DNA of 63,823 nucleotides, filler included, from Choristocarpus tenellus KU-1152 (taxonomy: Eukaryota > Protista > Phaeophyceae), in NCBI GenBank assembly GCA_964200185.2. It is 8 parts of 8 records of this genome, joined end to end, with 100 filler letters (N's around TTAATTAATTAA, not from the genome) between each part and the next. Parts side by side here need not be neighbours in the genome. Positions count along the whole stretch, not along the records: positions 32,074 to 39,575 come from CAXNAD020006057.1; positions 39,676 to 45,856 come from CAXNAD020008739.1; positions 45,957 to 49,217 come from CAXNAD020021192.1; positions 49,318 to 52,964 come from CAXNAD020018756.1; 4 more parts are not named here. One strand, 5' to 3'. The position numbers were made by a program, and so were the translations under genes. Of the stretch, positions 38,787 through 51,582 are shown piece by piece. Each line of letters starts with the position of its first letter. Position 1 is the first letter of the stretch. The notes below the pieces were generated by a model, which worked only from the letters and a program-made list of their open reading frames with translations, had not been told where the DNA came from and made no database searches.

Positions 38787-39575
38787 TTCAAGCAGGTTGT
38801 TCGTGTGTCTGTTGAACTCCCGGCAACATGCTTACCAGAGACGGCGCTCATTCTTGCTTCAGGTGACGTGCACAGTTTCGCGCGGTGGCGGGGGGAGGAG
38901 GGGTACAACGAATGAGCAGCAAATTAAAAAAGCTGATGTTTTCTTTTATTTTATGTGATGCAAGATTTTTTTTTGCTATATTTTAGCCCTGGGCTGATAT
39001 GGCCTTATTCTCCCTCTCCCTGTTGTTCTCTCGCGATGTATTACAAGTCCAACAACTTGCCCGAGAAGATAGATAAATGCAGATCGGCGTATCTGACAGG
39101 GTGGGGGGGGGGGCAGATCGCAACAAACCATATCTCGGGCATGACTGACAATTTCGTACAAAGAGGTCGATCATCATATGTCAATACTTAGATGCGCTCA
39201 GTGTTAGCTTCTTCTACTTGGCGACGATAGCAATAATTGATAAAAAAATTTTAATAAAATGGGAAAATAACACTTCTTCTTGTCTTCTTGTCAGTCAACC
39301 ATTCATAATGACCATGAAACCTAACCCCGAAAAAAAATACTTCGAAGTACTATTGTTTTCTACCACCTCCACCATCGACAGTCAAATGACTCCACCAACC
39401 GCACTAATTATTCAAGCAAGCAAGCCAATGCAGGGCATACATATGCACAACGATCAAATGAAATCATTGCTGCCCCCCACACACTGTCCTACTACCACCT
39501 TCGGCAAGGATTCCCATTCAAAAAGGGGCCCTTTAAAAGAGCCGCAACATTTACAAAAAAAAACATATGGACACT

Positions 39576-39675
39576 NNNNNNNNNNNNNNNNNNNNNNNNN
39601 NNNNNNNNNNNNNNNNNNNTTAATTAATTAANNNNNNNNNNNNNNNNNNNNNNNNNNNNNNNNNNNNNNNNNNNN
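39576..39675. other. Artificial contig linker
   Basis: N44-TTAATTAATTAA-N44. Confidence 0.98.
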
Positions 39676-39685
39676 GGGTGATATT

Positions 39686-39780
39686 GGCTCAAAGTATCTG
39701 GGGGGGGGAGGGGGGGGTCTACACCAGGGTGTCCATTCGGGCCCTGACCACGAGAAGTGCACTTACATTACCACCCAAAA
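39686..39780. mobile_element. MITE family B, truncated
   Basis: ggctcaaagtatctg-polyG-tctacaccagggtgtccatt...gtgcacttac matches the 13978 copy. Confidence 0.82.
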
Positions 39781-40163
39781 ACTGCAACATTGTTGAGAGT
39801 TGCGGTTGATTGTGTGATGAGAGTAGAAGATGAACGCAGTAATATTAGATCTGACTTTCATGACGTGGTGGACAGAAATTAAATCACGACAGCCGGAGAT
39901 GTCTTACTGAATATATTTCTCCCTCTCCTCTGCCTAGTCTTTCACCAGAAGACTATCTAGTATCTCATGGTCCTGAGTAAAGATCATTCAAACTGATCAC
40001 CCATCTAGTTAACCTTACCTCACCTACACAACGGGACACTTTTGTGTCTTCAGCTGCTGGAAAGGAATAAATCAAAAACCTCCTGAAACTCACAAATATA
40101 ATACAACAGGCAAGTAGTCTTCCCTGGATCTGAAACACAAGGCACAAGCAAGGAAGGTCTGAC

Positions 40164-43100
40164 CTTGAGGAGGCGTATGTCTCGGTCCTTGTCCATGATG
40201 TCCGGGTTTTCATCAGTTAATTTCTGTACGGTGGCTGACACCTCACTTTCAAGCTTCCCCAATGCCTCGAGCTTTGATTCATGACGGGGAACTCTCAGCT
40301 GACGCCTGGAGGACTCAGACAGTTCAATTGCACTATCATCCTCAAACTCTCGCGAATACTAGTTACCGAAGTGAGAAAGGTCAACAGACAGGTGATGGGA
40401 ATGATCTTTGGGATCAGTAATACATCATTGGGTGGAACATCAATGCTGCGGAGAGAAAAAACTTTACCTTTACAAATTGGTAATAGCAGTGGAGATCTGA
40501 GAAGCTACGAAAACTCTGCTGTACAATAATTGGCTGTTTAGTTTCTGTGGTTTTTACACCCATGTATAGTTGCTACAACCAATTAATAGAAGAGTGACAA
40601 TGTATCAACAGCGAATGTACTCCTTAATGGACCAGCTGCATACTTTCTAGAGTGGTTGTGAGAAAGCAATCAACAGAGAGGACAAGTAGAGACAAATCAT
40701 TTCACAGTCGTATAACTTAGTTGAGGTCAAACAGAGTTCGTCAAAGGAACGTACAGGTCATCTTTCAGCTTTCTCAGACTAGGCGAAGCAGATTATGCGT
40801 GATCATTCAATGCTGTGGAGATATTCTTCAAATAATTAATCACTTGTACTTACGCAATTATCATTCAATATTTCAGATATGTGCATACATTGTATGTAGG
40901 ATATAATTAATGTTATATACACATACTGAAATTGCGTATGTAGAAATATAGAATGATAGGACAGTAGTAGTAACAACTGTAGTTTATCCCATTTGTACAC
41001 GAGGCTGGCCCTGTGTAATGTTTCTGATAGGACCATGCTAGGTAAACTGTGTTATAAAAAAGAGCTGACGAGTGAAAATATCTTAGAGGGTACGAGTTTT
41101 TCCCTTTTTGTCCGTTTGGGGCTTGGCTTCCCATGGGTTTTTAATTACATTTTACCTACTCCAAAATGTTTCGGAGAAGGTAAAATGTAAACGTCGTGAA
41201 AAGGTGTATTTGGAACAAGGATATTGGCATCTCCTTACAAACATGATAGTCAAAATTACATCAAAATTGCAACATCGGATTATTCCCCCAAATGGACGAA
41301 GCTCTACCCTCTAAGATACTTTGACTCTGTCCCATGTAAGATTTGTTTTTAAGTTGCTATGCCAGGTCCTTCAGAACAATAACAATTTTGTCAGTCCATC
41401 CCTCAGAAAACTATCAATCTATTGAAAAACACTGGTTCAAACCTGGTCAATTCACATTGTATCACTAGGGAAATCTGGTTTCAATGGACCATGTGAACGT
41501 GTAACTGAGCGGTGCAGCTGTGCTGTTCTGCAGGTACCTATTTTTTAAGATTGAACACAGAAAAACTGAATCATGGTGTCAAGGCTTCAGTGCAACAAGC
41601 TGAGCACTACACAATATATGAGGGAGGAGGTGGAGTGATGTGAACAGTGAGATGGTTGAACCCAATGAGTGAGAAAAACAGAAGCAACCACAGGGAAGTG
41701 CAACATGTTGTGCCTCTCTGAGCACAGATTGATGATCTTGCCCAACATGATTCGTAAGCAACGTTATGCAAAATATTTTTGAAAGTAGCAAGGGAGACGC
41801 AACACATTATTTCATGTCAGCAAGAAACTTCAACGCAACACAACGCACCTCAGCAATGCAAATGTTCAATTCACTTCCAACATCACAGGGAATAGACGTG
41901 ACGATTTCTGTGGAGCCATCTGTATTCTGTGATACCAGCTTGACCAAAAACGTCTGAAAGGACAGACATTTGGGGAGTCCGGCATCACAGGAAGGTGTTT
42001 GAGAGTTAGGGAAAGAATAAAAGGAGAGGCAACAAGGGGAAAAAGTAAATGTCTTTGAGTGGTAAATAGGAACTCGACAGGCATGTGTAGCCTAGCTTCA
42101 AGTTGGAGAGCTGTTAGTGCACCTTACTGATGATGCACAGGTGAAACTATCACGTTATGTTCTTCTTCCGAAGTACCAAGAGCAAGAAATTGAGAGTGGT
42201 TGAGAAGCAGATACCTACTGCTTAAGGTTCACCTGGACATCGCAGTCATCAGTCCATGTCATTGAGATTGTCCGGGGAACAATATTGTCATTTGTCGATT
42301 CCACTACCTCACCGGTCCAAACCTGCTCAAATAGAATAATTCAGGAGGTAGAACAGATAATAAGTACAGGGGCGTGGGCTCTGGTAATTTCAGTAGTAGA
42401 TCTGGTATCCACAGACTCACAATTGTGGATGAGTGGATCATAAACGATGCTGATAAGGTGGGCAATTCAAGGGTCTGTAAGGTGAAGGACTAGGGATGGA
42501 TAGCGAGAACCTTACTACAGTGAAAATGTGACAAAAAAGGTAAATCAGGGCGCGTGAATGCCACGATTGGTGAGGATCGCTTATAGGTGCAAGCAATCAA
42601 AACATATCATTTGCTTCGCCTATATCTATGACAACTCGTCTAACGGGAGAGGGAAACCACTCAAGAGCATTGGCAGGAGGTGGTGAATGGACAACGAAGT
42701 CATGAAACATATTGTGTTGATAGACTCTGTATCATTGTGGGTGATGCTTTACATCCTTGGTATCATCTACACCAATCAAGGAGAGGAAATAAATCCTCTG
42801 AAGGAACCGAGTAGGATGCTGTCTCTTCTGTCTCACACCTTACGAGCTGTCTTGTCAGAGAATATCGCTCCACCAAGCACCTTGTACGACGTTTGGGAGG
42901 CAAGGATAATCTGCAGCAGAAAACGAAATATTCACACGTAGGGATATTTAGTTGTTTTTTTTGGCATGCCACATGCTTTCTTCCCAACTACAAGCGAATG
43001 CAAACGTGCATGGAAGAATCTACATCGCATTAGTACTCCTCGAGCTTAGAAAGTACTTTGGGTTCACCTCGTTGGTACTGATGATGAACTGAAGCTCTGG

Positions 43101-43643
43101 GGCGTCTTCTGCGCTCTTTAGAGATGTGCAGCTCAGCGTCCCAAGTTCGACACGCGTTACTACAATTTCGGGGTGAAGGTGAGAAGGACAGGGATTCTTG
43201 CGACATGTGGATGACAAACTAGCAGGGCTAGACATTTTTTTCCTACTCTACACTAATGCCAATAAAGTTTCGGTCCGTTCTGATGACAGCTGGCACATAT
43301 TTCATCGCTTGGGCTTAGCCCTACTTCAAAGTATCGTAGAGCACATCGTCATCTCGCTCAAAATCATACCCTGAGTATCTTCTATCCCAAACTACTTAAC
43401 TTCAAGAGTATATTAACGAATGAACCGCAATTTTCTACCTAATGATTTGTATTGCTAGTACAACTTACCTGTTATCCTCGAATCTGTCTCGATGGTGTTG
43501 ATGATATCATCACCGATGTCGTCTGGTAACAGCTCAACGGATTCAATGCCTGCAGTGGGGATAGTCCCACCAGTCGTAATCGTTTGCCCAAACGAATGGA
43601 TGACGGTCGCTACCACCAGCATGGAGGGCAGTAGGCCTCTCAT
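40164..43643 (-). CDS. Hypothetical multi-exon gene with a signal-peptide-like N-terminus; may be more than one gene
   Basis: The first exon MRGLLPSMLVVATVIHSFG... ends at gtaag (~43469). Further AG/GT-bounded exons encode VTRVELGTLSCTS, IILASQTSYKVLGGAIF, TFLVKLVSQNTDGSTEIVTSIPCDVGSELNIC and RQLRVPRHESKLEALGKLESEV. Confidence 0.5.
41070..41327. mobile_element. MITE family A, complete
   Basis: gagtgaaaatatc ... gatactttgactc; flanks TGAC/TGTC. Confidence 0.9.
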
Positions 43644-44616
43644 GGCTGCAACTGACTTGGAGGTCGGCAGATGTCAATAGTACCCTGTACAAGGAATTGG
43701 AAAGTTACTTCTAAATACCAGTGTTACACGGGACATTCTAGCCACCCCTCATTTTAGGATCGTTCCAACCTATTCTACTCTAATGTTTTCGGGAAATCGG
43801 TGCATCGCCTTATTTAATCCATAAGACCAAGGGACAACCGGAGTTATGCCTACCCTTCCGTAACGCAGTCAATCCTCCACTGAGGTCCAAGTTAACAGAA
43901 TATTTGTGTCGACTAATCTACTCAGTGAGTGCCTTTGATCAGGACGAAGGGAGATGTGGTCGAACTCACGTATTAATGTAGAGATATGCAAACAAAACTG
44001 ACAGATCGAAGAGTTTCAGTGTTGGGTGTGTAAGAGTGTGTGTTTGAAGGGATGTCTGTGAGTTCTGTTAGGTGGTGTATGTGAGGAAAGGCATAAACAC
44101 ACATACATAATAAACATATTATTTAACTGAAGACATACGTAATGTATTGTAAGATATTCTGGAATTTTTCAATTTCGATTTCAGTAATACTTCTACTACA
44201 GTGTAATAATAGACAAGAAAGAAGGGTTTGGGATATCCCGAAACAAAGTTCTCCACAAATTACATATACTACAGAACAAATTAGATCATTCTAACGAAAT
44301 ATAGATACAGTTAATATACCAACATAACTTCGGAATCGTTTATTTAACCTTATCAACAATGTAGACGCAGTGTAGTGCTCCATATCAACGGTTCAGAATT
44401 GATCGGTGAGGGTAACTAGCATGTGGTTATTTGGATTACCAAAAGTAGATATTATGATAGATTCTTGGGATGGTTCCCTATCTCCTCATCCTAATATTGA
44501 GGAATAGGTTTGAGAAACAGGAAGGCAGTAGTAGTACAACATAGATAGTAAAATAGGAATAGATCAACATTTTTCACTATTGTGACAGATGTTACTTCTT
44601 TAGGGAATTATTAGAC

Positions 44617-44680
44617 ATGTGAATAGTTTTCATTAGTTTTTCCCCTGGCACATCTGGAAAATGTGAGGGGGCATAATAGT
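44617..44680 (+). mobile_element. Short retroposon 3'-tail repeat (family R)
   Basis: atgtgaatagttttcattagtttttcccctggcacatctggaaaatgtgagggggcataata. Confidence 0.7.
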
Positions 44681-44962
44681 ATAAATAGTTCGAGATTCAA
44701 CTGTTAGTTTTAAAGGGATCCTTGTGTGGAAAGCATGTTTGTTTGTTATTATACCGTTATTGCCGTATGCCGTATACCGTTATACCGTGGTACCGATTCC
44801 CAGTCAAGAATCCGTGATTCCACGGATAGACTTTCTGTCCGAATGTCACACATGGAAGATCCACTTTGTTTTCGAGTCTTGACTGGTGGTGATGATGCCC
44901 CACATGCCCCACCTTTGATGGTGCTCCTCACTCCTAAGTTTACACTTGACCAACCTTAACCT

Positions 44963-45072
44963 TGTACCCTCGGTTCACGGTTCGTCCTTGTTCGTGTAGT
45001 CCNNNNNNNNNNGATTCTCTTTGCCACCCTTGCCTGAGTGAACCACGCCGCCAGAGAATCCCACGATTCACA
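44963..45072 (+). mobile_element. Putative LTR (TG...CA, with an internal assembly gap)
   Basis: Starts tgtaccc and ends ...gattcaca. It is followed after 1 nt by a TGGCG... PBS, and the same 60-bp end recurs inverted at 45793-45856. Confidence 0.7.
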
Positions 45073-45073
45073 T

Positions 45074-45126
45074 TGGCGACACCGGTGAGATTCGAACTCT
45101 CGCGTGCAAAGCACACAAACTTAGCA
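45074..45126 (-). pseudogene. 3' ~53 nt of tRNA-Ser(GCT) including CCA (extended primer-binding site, not a tRNA gene)
   Basis: The reverse complement reads tGCTaa-gtttg-t-gtgctttgcac (long variable arm)-gc-gagagTTCGAATctcac-cggtgtc-G-CCA. There is no D-arm or 5' acceptor strand. Confidence 0.85.
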
Positions 45127-45637
45127 CCTTGTCATAGTATTTGTCTTCTTTGTTAAGAGCCATCTTCCAAAGAAGGTGTACCTGAAGGTATCCTATCTTG
45201 AACAATCTGATATTCGTATGACGTTTATTTTTGCATGTTGAAGGTAACATCTGCTTGAAGAAAATACAGGGTGGTTTTAGGGGACCTTGCAATCCCCCCT
45301 CATTCACTTTCCACTTGTTCACTCTTTCCTAAGTGATCTTCTGAGGGAATGGTCTCCCTCTTGCCTTATCTCTCTTCTTTTTTTGTCCTCCTGTGGGTCT
45401 TCCTCTTCCCATTTCAGTCTGAATAACCTATCGGCTTGTTTCCATCGGTTTCACAGTGGCGACGAAGGCATTCTGATATCATTCTGAACCAGGAGAGTAC
45501 TTTTGTTAGAGGCGAATAGCGCGAGCATTTCTTCTTGTCTCCTAACAAAGTGTGAGCATTTGTTACACGCGAATAGCGCGAGCATTTCTTATCATGCTTT
45601 AGCAAACACGAACGTTTGTGACTGACGAATAGTGCGA

Positions 45638-45696
45638 AGTTTTCATTGGTTTCCCCCTGACACATCTGCAAAATGTCAGAGGGCATAATAATATAA
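45638..45696 (+). mobile_element. Family R retroposon tail with a 10-bp TSD
   Basis: Flanked by aatagtgcga at 45628-45637 and 45697-45706; ends in an AT-rich (taa)-type tail. Confidence 0.8.
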
Positions 45697-45792
45697 AATA
45701 GTGCGAGGATTGTTTCTCGCGTTCTAACAAGTGCGAACAATATACGATATTAGTAACACATAGGTAGCCTTACAGAATAAAAGCTGCTTTCT

Positions 45793-45856
45793 GTGAATCG
45801 TGTGATTCTGTGGCGGCGAGGTTCACTCAGGCAAGGGTGGCGAAGAGAATCACCGG
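45793..45856 (-). mobile_element. 3' end of a second copy of the same LTR, inverted, without PBS
   Basis: Reverse complement gattctcttcgccacccttgcctgagtgaacctcgccgccacagaatcacacgattcaca matches 45014-45072. Confidence 0.75.
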
Positions 45857-45956
45857 NNNNNNNNNNNNNNNNNNNNNNNNNNNNNNNNNNNNNNNNNNNN
45901 TTAATTAATTAANNNNNNNNNNNNNNNNNNNNNNNNNNNNNNNNNNNNNNNNNNNN
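45857..45956. other. Artificial contig linker
   Basis: N44-TTAATTAATTAA-N44. Confidence 0.98.
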
Positions 45957-45999
45957 CCCCCACTACATCTATAGCCAACACATCCAGAAAACTTTCTGC

Positions 46000-46345
46000 T
46001 TGCTTTGCGGGGTGCCCAAAACTTTCCACATTGAAGGTGTTGAGGTAAAACTACCTTGTAGTGGGTGCACGTTCGCACCTCAGCTGCAGTAGCAGAGCTA
46101 CACCATTGCTGGTGGATGAGAGTGGTAGATGGGAGACTGCTTACACTTCTCCAAACGTAACATCCAGGAGGAAGCCTTTGTCCCGGTAGGGAGCTGATCC
46201 AGTGTCTGCGAGTACCCCAGCATGGAAGATCACATCCATGAGGAAATTCCGGTCCACTGTGAATGGGCTACCGTACTCCATAGTGCAAGGGATGCCCTTT
46301 CCCTTGCAGAGTTGACCTAGACGCTTGACCATTGGTGTGTGATGG
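46000..46345 (-). pseudogene. Restriction-like endonuclease domain relic of a CRE/R2-group non-LTR retrotransposon
   Basis: EYGSPFTVDRNFLMDVIFHAGVLADTGSAPYRDKGFLLDVT, followed by AEVR...HY and VESLG-like motifs, fits the R(P/M)D...LLDVT...E-K...VESFG pattern. Confidence 0.75.
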
Positions 46346-48569
46346 CGTACCTGTCTCCCTGCCCTAGGGAGGTACGAGTATGTCTGGTGATAAAATTAAG
46401 CTCTTTTCACCCAACAACTGGACACCTGTTGGATAGGGCCTCCTCCCTCCCTAGGGATTTGCTGGCAGTGAGTCCAATCTCTATGGGAGGGATCTGGTGT
46501 GCTGGTTCCAGGGGCAGTGTGGAGGCCATGCGTTTTCCCCTTGTCCACTCTGGCTCCAGTGGTGGCCTAGAGCTAGCGAACGGCTTTCCCTCCCTTGGTC
46601 AGTATCATCTGGTAGGTTGACCAAATGCATCTGGAAAGAGTCGAACCAGATCCCTGATCAGGAGGAGTGGCCCACGCTAGGATTACTCTCTGTCCAAAAT
46701 GCCCGAAGCATCAAACTTCGTATTATTTGTAGTACTCTAACAATTAATTTACAAGGCAACAAGAAGAGCATACTGTAATGCTGTGGCATGGAAGTCTTGC
46801 GAAGTGTGTGTTGCATCCAGTAGGGTTTGTATCTAATGTAGGAAAGACTCGATGCATCGCAGGGATATATCTAGCTGCTGACTCGCTTTGCATGGATAGT
46901 TTGTGAGTAGTGATGATTGTTTAATATTAATATATATATATATATATAGTTTTATGTGCTGGCAAGTTGTTATCTGTTGCGTGCCTCCATCATTCTTTCA
47001 AAAACACCTACGCGTCACTTTTGAAAAAGGAATGCGAGTAGGAGTAAGTGGGTTGTACAAATACGGAATGGGCAGCATACACAAATCCAAGCGAGGTCTT
47101 TGCATGTGTGCTTGCTCATTAAGATACTTTGAAGCTTTTATATTTATTATTCCAGAGGATGTTATCATTTTGTGGGCATATCCATGCTATTATATCTACT
47201 AACAATATGTAGAACTATACATAACTACCATTGCCACAACTGGTTAGTACCACGGAGTGCTGTTCACAGGGATCGTATATATTTTTGCACTGGCGAGGGT
47301 AGATCATGATAGGGTGGGAATAGGAGGATTTGATAGCAGCAAACGAGCTCTTGTCTGATGTGCGCAGCTACCCGCAGGTTGCTGCTCTACTACTACTATC
47401 CACAGTGCTACCAATGATAGCAGTAGTAATGCACCAAGATAAGGGACTGGTAATGGTTTACAACCTACCACAGTATATATATGTTCCTCTCGTGCGAACT
47501 CCCTTGTTCCTCTATCTCTAGGAGGGTATATGACAGGGGAGGGTGACAAGGTAACTCACTTGCGATAGTCAACAGTGTTGCATATGTCTCATTCAGTATA
47601 GTCTGTGTTATCTTATGAGGACTTTTGAGAGAAACTTTAATAATAATAATGACCTTTTTTGTAGTCATTTATTTTTTTTGAAGAGTTGAAAAGATTTAGT
47701 TCAATTTGTTCGTTATCATACCGTTATTTCCGTATGTGTCTTGCCATTATTCCGATTGAGGTTCCTCATCAGGAATCCAGAATTGCGATGGAGGATTTTT
47801 CCTATGATGGAGGAGGGGAATTCTTACAAGAAATAAATCCTAAAAGTACTGGACATTCTCGTTGTTTGGTCTTAACATTTCTTTTTCTGATGTTTCCCCT
47901 CTCATGAGATTCTCACTACTCAACAATTTCTGGAATCTCCTGCAGTCTTTACATTTGTCCAACTTTAACGTCGCCCTCTCGGCTACGGTTCGTCTTGGCA
48001 TGTCTTCCCCAGTTTTTCTCTTCACTGTCTTTACCTGAGTAAGCATGGCCGCCACAAAATCATTCGATTCGCGCATCGTGCATTATTTTTCGATCAGAAT
48101 GGTTCTACCTACCCATACATTTATATATATATATATATGTTGAAGAGATCGTGCAGCTCATCTTTGTGCGATTCACGCGGTGAAAGTGACTCCACCAACA
48201 AAAGAGTCTAGTTTATTTTCGAGTGACCGAGATATTGGGAAAAATAATTGATATGATTTCTTATTGTATCGAATGAAGTGATAAGATGTGATACGACCTT
48301 CTGAAAAAGTTGGGGCAAAACGGTAGATTTTTCGACCTTTCTTGACATTTCTTGTGCTTCAGAGGAACCGTAGTGTTTAGTACACATCTGGATACAACGA
48401 ATGGGCATCTCTTTAGTTAGGTCCTTTTCTGTCAAACGATATCAAAAGCTCCGCTTCGCTAGAACCAAAAAAATATCGACCAATAGGACATCATCATGAC
48501 ACAAGCACAGTCAGGTGCATACACTATTTACGGAGAGTCTTTACATGTATATCAGTGCATGTATGCGTA

Positions 48570-48571
<2 letters not shown>

Positions 48572-48603
<32 letters not shown>
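48572..48603. repeat. (ATT)n microsatellite
   Basis: About 10 units. Confidence 0.95.
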
Positions 48604-49142
48604 AACACAAGGCACACACGTACATCATTGTAACACCCTCCTCGAACCTCTTCCTATACGACAAAATGCCACAATCAAGAACAGCAATACCCGGAAGTGA
48701 AGTAGTGCCAGGTGTATTATAGGCGGGAGGCACCTACTCCCTACACTACATATAATAGTGACTAACAAAACTGGACTGCTTTTGCCTCTCTCTGCTGGCG
48801 CTGGCTGGCACCAGTAATACCCACAAAACAACAACAATGCTCAAGTTCATCATCACAATTCACCGCTTTCCTTCACTATTTTACGAATAGCAAGTAAATA
48901 AAAAATAAATAAAAGTAACACATCGCCCAAAACACGACATACGACATGGCACAATGACCAGCTCGCATGAAGGTAAAAAATACAAGACATTTACACCAAC
49001 TCACACCAAAAACATGTATGTATAATATAAAATAACATATTGCACCTTACACGCACACAACTAACAGTATGCACTATCTCTGTTTTCATCATCCCATCAC
49101 GGTCTCTACCACCTTGTACATGCGTCAGCCATGCGGCGATGA

Positions 49143-49185
<43 letters not shown>

Positions 49186-49217
49186 AAAAAAACAACACAA
49201 ACGCGCACCCCCACCCA

Positions 49218-49317
49218 NNNNNNNNNNNNNNNNNNNNNNNNNNNNNNNNNNNNNNNNNNNNTTAATTAATTAANNNNNNNNNNNNNNNNNNNNNNNNNNN
49301 NNNNNNNNNNNNNNNNN
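49218..49317. other. Artificial contig linker
   Basis: N44-TTAATTAATTAA-N44. Confidence 0.98.
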
Positions 49318-49324
49318 ACGGCGT

Positions 49325-49660
49325 CTAGCTGTGTGCGGGGGTCACGGCCAAACAGGATTCTGAAGGGAGTGGGGTTGAGCGGGTCAGAGGGATCTGGGGT
49401 GGTGCGTTGTGCCCAACATGCTGGAGATACACATACTCATCCCATCTATCTGGCCACTTCATACATAGTTCTGACAAGAGTTCTAAAAGCAGGCCTCCCA
49501 TCTTTTCTACTCCCCCTTGTCCCCTCGAGTTACCAGTTGGTCCATAATTGATAGGGACTTTCAACCAACGGCAAAGGTGACTCATTACATCTCCTGTGAA
49601 CTCCTCTCCCGCATCACTACGCAAGCATTCTTCATCTCTGCCCCACAAACCCCTATATGC
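49325..49660 (-). pseudogene. Ty3/gypsy integrase core relic
   Basis: LRSDAGEEFTGDVMSHLCRWLKVPINYGP...RGQGGVEKMGG...WPDRWDEYV is the second D to E segment of rve; a frameshift follows. Confidence 0.88.
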
Positions 49661-51444
49661 ACACTCAGTATTTGAACAACCTGTACCTTAGCATCACTGC
49701 TAGAAGGAGATGCGGTTTATACATACTCCATCTGCATGAGGAGCAGGATATTCTGAATTTATAGTGGGGTGGCATGCAACAGCATGGGCAGTTCATCTCG
49801 ATCAACAAATATGTTTAGGTAGCTCAAAGGTATCAACATCATGCTGTTTTAGACACTGAACAGAGTTGAGCCTTGGAGCGCATGAAGCAGAGAGTGGCTA
49901 TGTCAACCTATGTCAAGGGGTATAAATGGTCAATGGGCACCAGAATACCCTGTGAACCTAAATACAAAAACAGTAATCTATCTTCAATAAGATAGGAGGG
50001 AAGGGTTGCTATGATGTTGCCTATTTTTGTGCCAGTCAGAGGAAAAACTACATGAAAAGGCGATAGATCTACCGTTTTACCCATCTCCCTTCCTGTCAAG
50101 TATTGGGTCCCTCCTCAATCTCAGAGAGGGGGGATTTGATATCCCCACAGGAGCCAACAGAATCCATCAACGTCTCAGTTTTGTCCTTGGATAAACAGGA
50201 ACTGGAATTTTTATCATGAAAAGAGAGACAAAAAAAAAGGATTTTGTTGTTCTTCTTTTCCACCTTGAAAGGCTTTTTGGAGATTGGGGGTTAGGGCTGT
50301 ATGTGGTGGGTGGGATGTTCATCATCAAGAGACGAAGGAAGGCAAAGCAATACGATCATCCTACGGTTAGCTAATCAAAGTCTTTCACATTAGAACAAGA
50401 AAGCTACTCAACAGTCATAATAGGCAGGAGAAAACAAGCGCTTACTTCAGATGTTCATATCTTGTAGGGGGTCTCAATAACTCCCCTTCAACTACCCCAA
50501 AAACTAACAAATGGTTCCAATGACAACCAGTATGTGTTCCCAGTAGTGACGGGACAACCGTCTGTTCACCTGTCATATTACCCAATGTTGGTTGAGCATC
50601 TGGATTATGTATGGGGTTTGGTATTGCAATTAAGATTCCCTGATATAGCTGTTGACTTGCATCTGAGGCACAAATAATAATACAAAAGCAATAAGAAGAC
50701 AACCCCCACAAGGTCATTCTTCTTTTCAACCATGTAAAAACATTCAGCAATGGGGAATTGTGCGATTTACCTTGGGAGGTAATGCTATTTATCAGTAGTG
50801 AAGACAAGAAGGTGTGAAGCCTCACACGGTTCCCCTTTGCTGAACGTGAAAAGAATGGATGGAATTAGAAGGGTGACCTTTGTAGGGTGTCTTATATTGC
50901 TTGTTTATTATTACTTGTCTCATACGTAAGTCAACGGTTATGTCAAAGTGGTTGAATGCAGAATAATAACCCATACGTAATTCCATTCATAATCCGGATG
51001 TACTCTCTTATTAGCTACATCTCTCATACACAAAATAAGGTACACCTCACTATTGTCTTATTTTGCACAGGAAACGTGTAAGGCTCCACACCTTCTTGTC
51101 TTCACTACTGATCAAATAGTAATACTTTCCAAGGTTAATTGCACAGGTTATGAGCCTTAGTAGCATGGAGACAAGGAACAGGTTATGAGTCTAATCGATA
51201 GGAAGAACGACATGAAAAAGTCGCCCATCTGGACTGAAGCACCAGGACGACCAGTGGAGACCTGGACGACATGGAAATTATCTGTGGTGGGTTACGCCGG
51301 TGAACGGGTCTGTGAGACATTCTGCAGCGAAAATATATCGTCCCTGCACTCACTGAGACACTAACGGAACATGAACGAAGAGTGCACGAGAAGTACCAAA
51401 AAATAGTCAATGGAGGTCTTGTGATACCAACAAAGTGAACCTGC

Positions 51445-51582
51445 ACCTTATGAAAACGTGTGTCTGGGGCAAGGATATTGACACTTGCTAACAAACACAA
51501 TAGCCAAAATTACATCAAAATCGTAACATTGGATTTTGGTCCCCAAATGAACGCGGCTCTACTCTCTAAGATACTTTGACTC
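51445..51582. mobile_element. MITE family A, one half
   Basis: ggatattgacacttgctaacaaacacaatagcc ... ctctaagatactttgactc. Confidence 0.85.

Noticed and set aside
45074-45126. Functional tRNA-Ser gene
   Set aside because: The 5' half is absent, the anticodon stem cannot pair, and CCA is encoded, so it is a cDNA-derived fragment.
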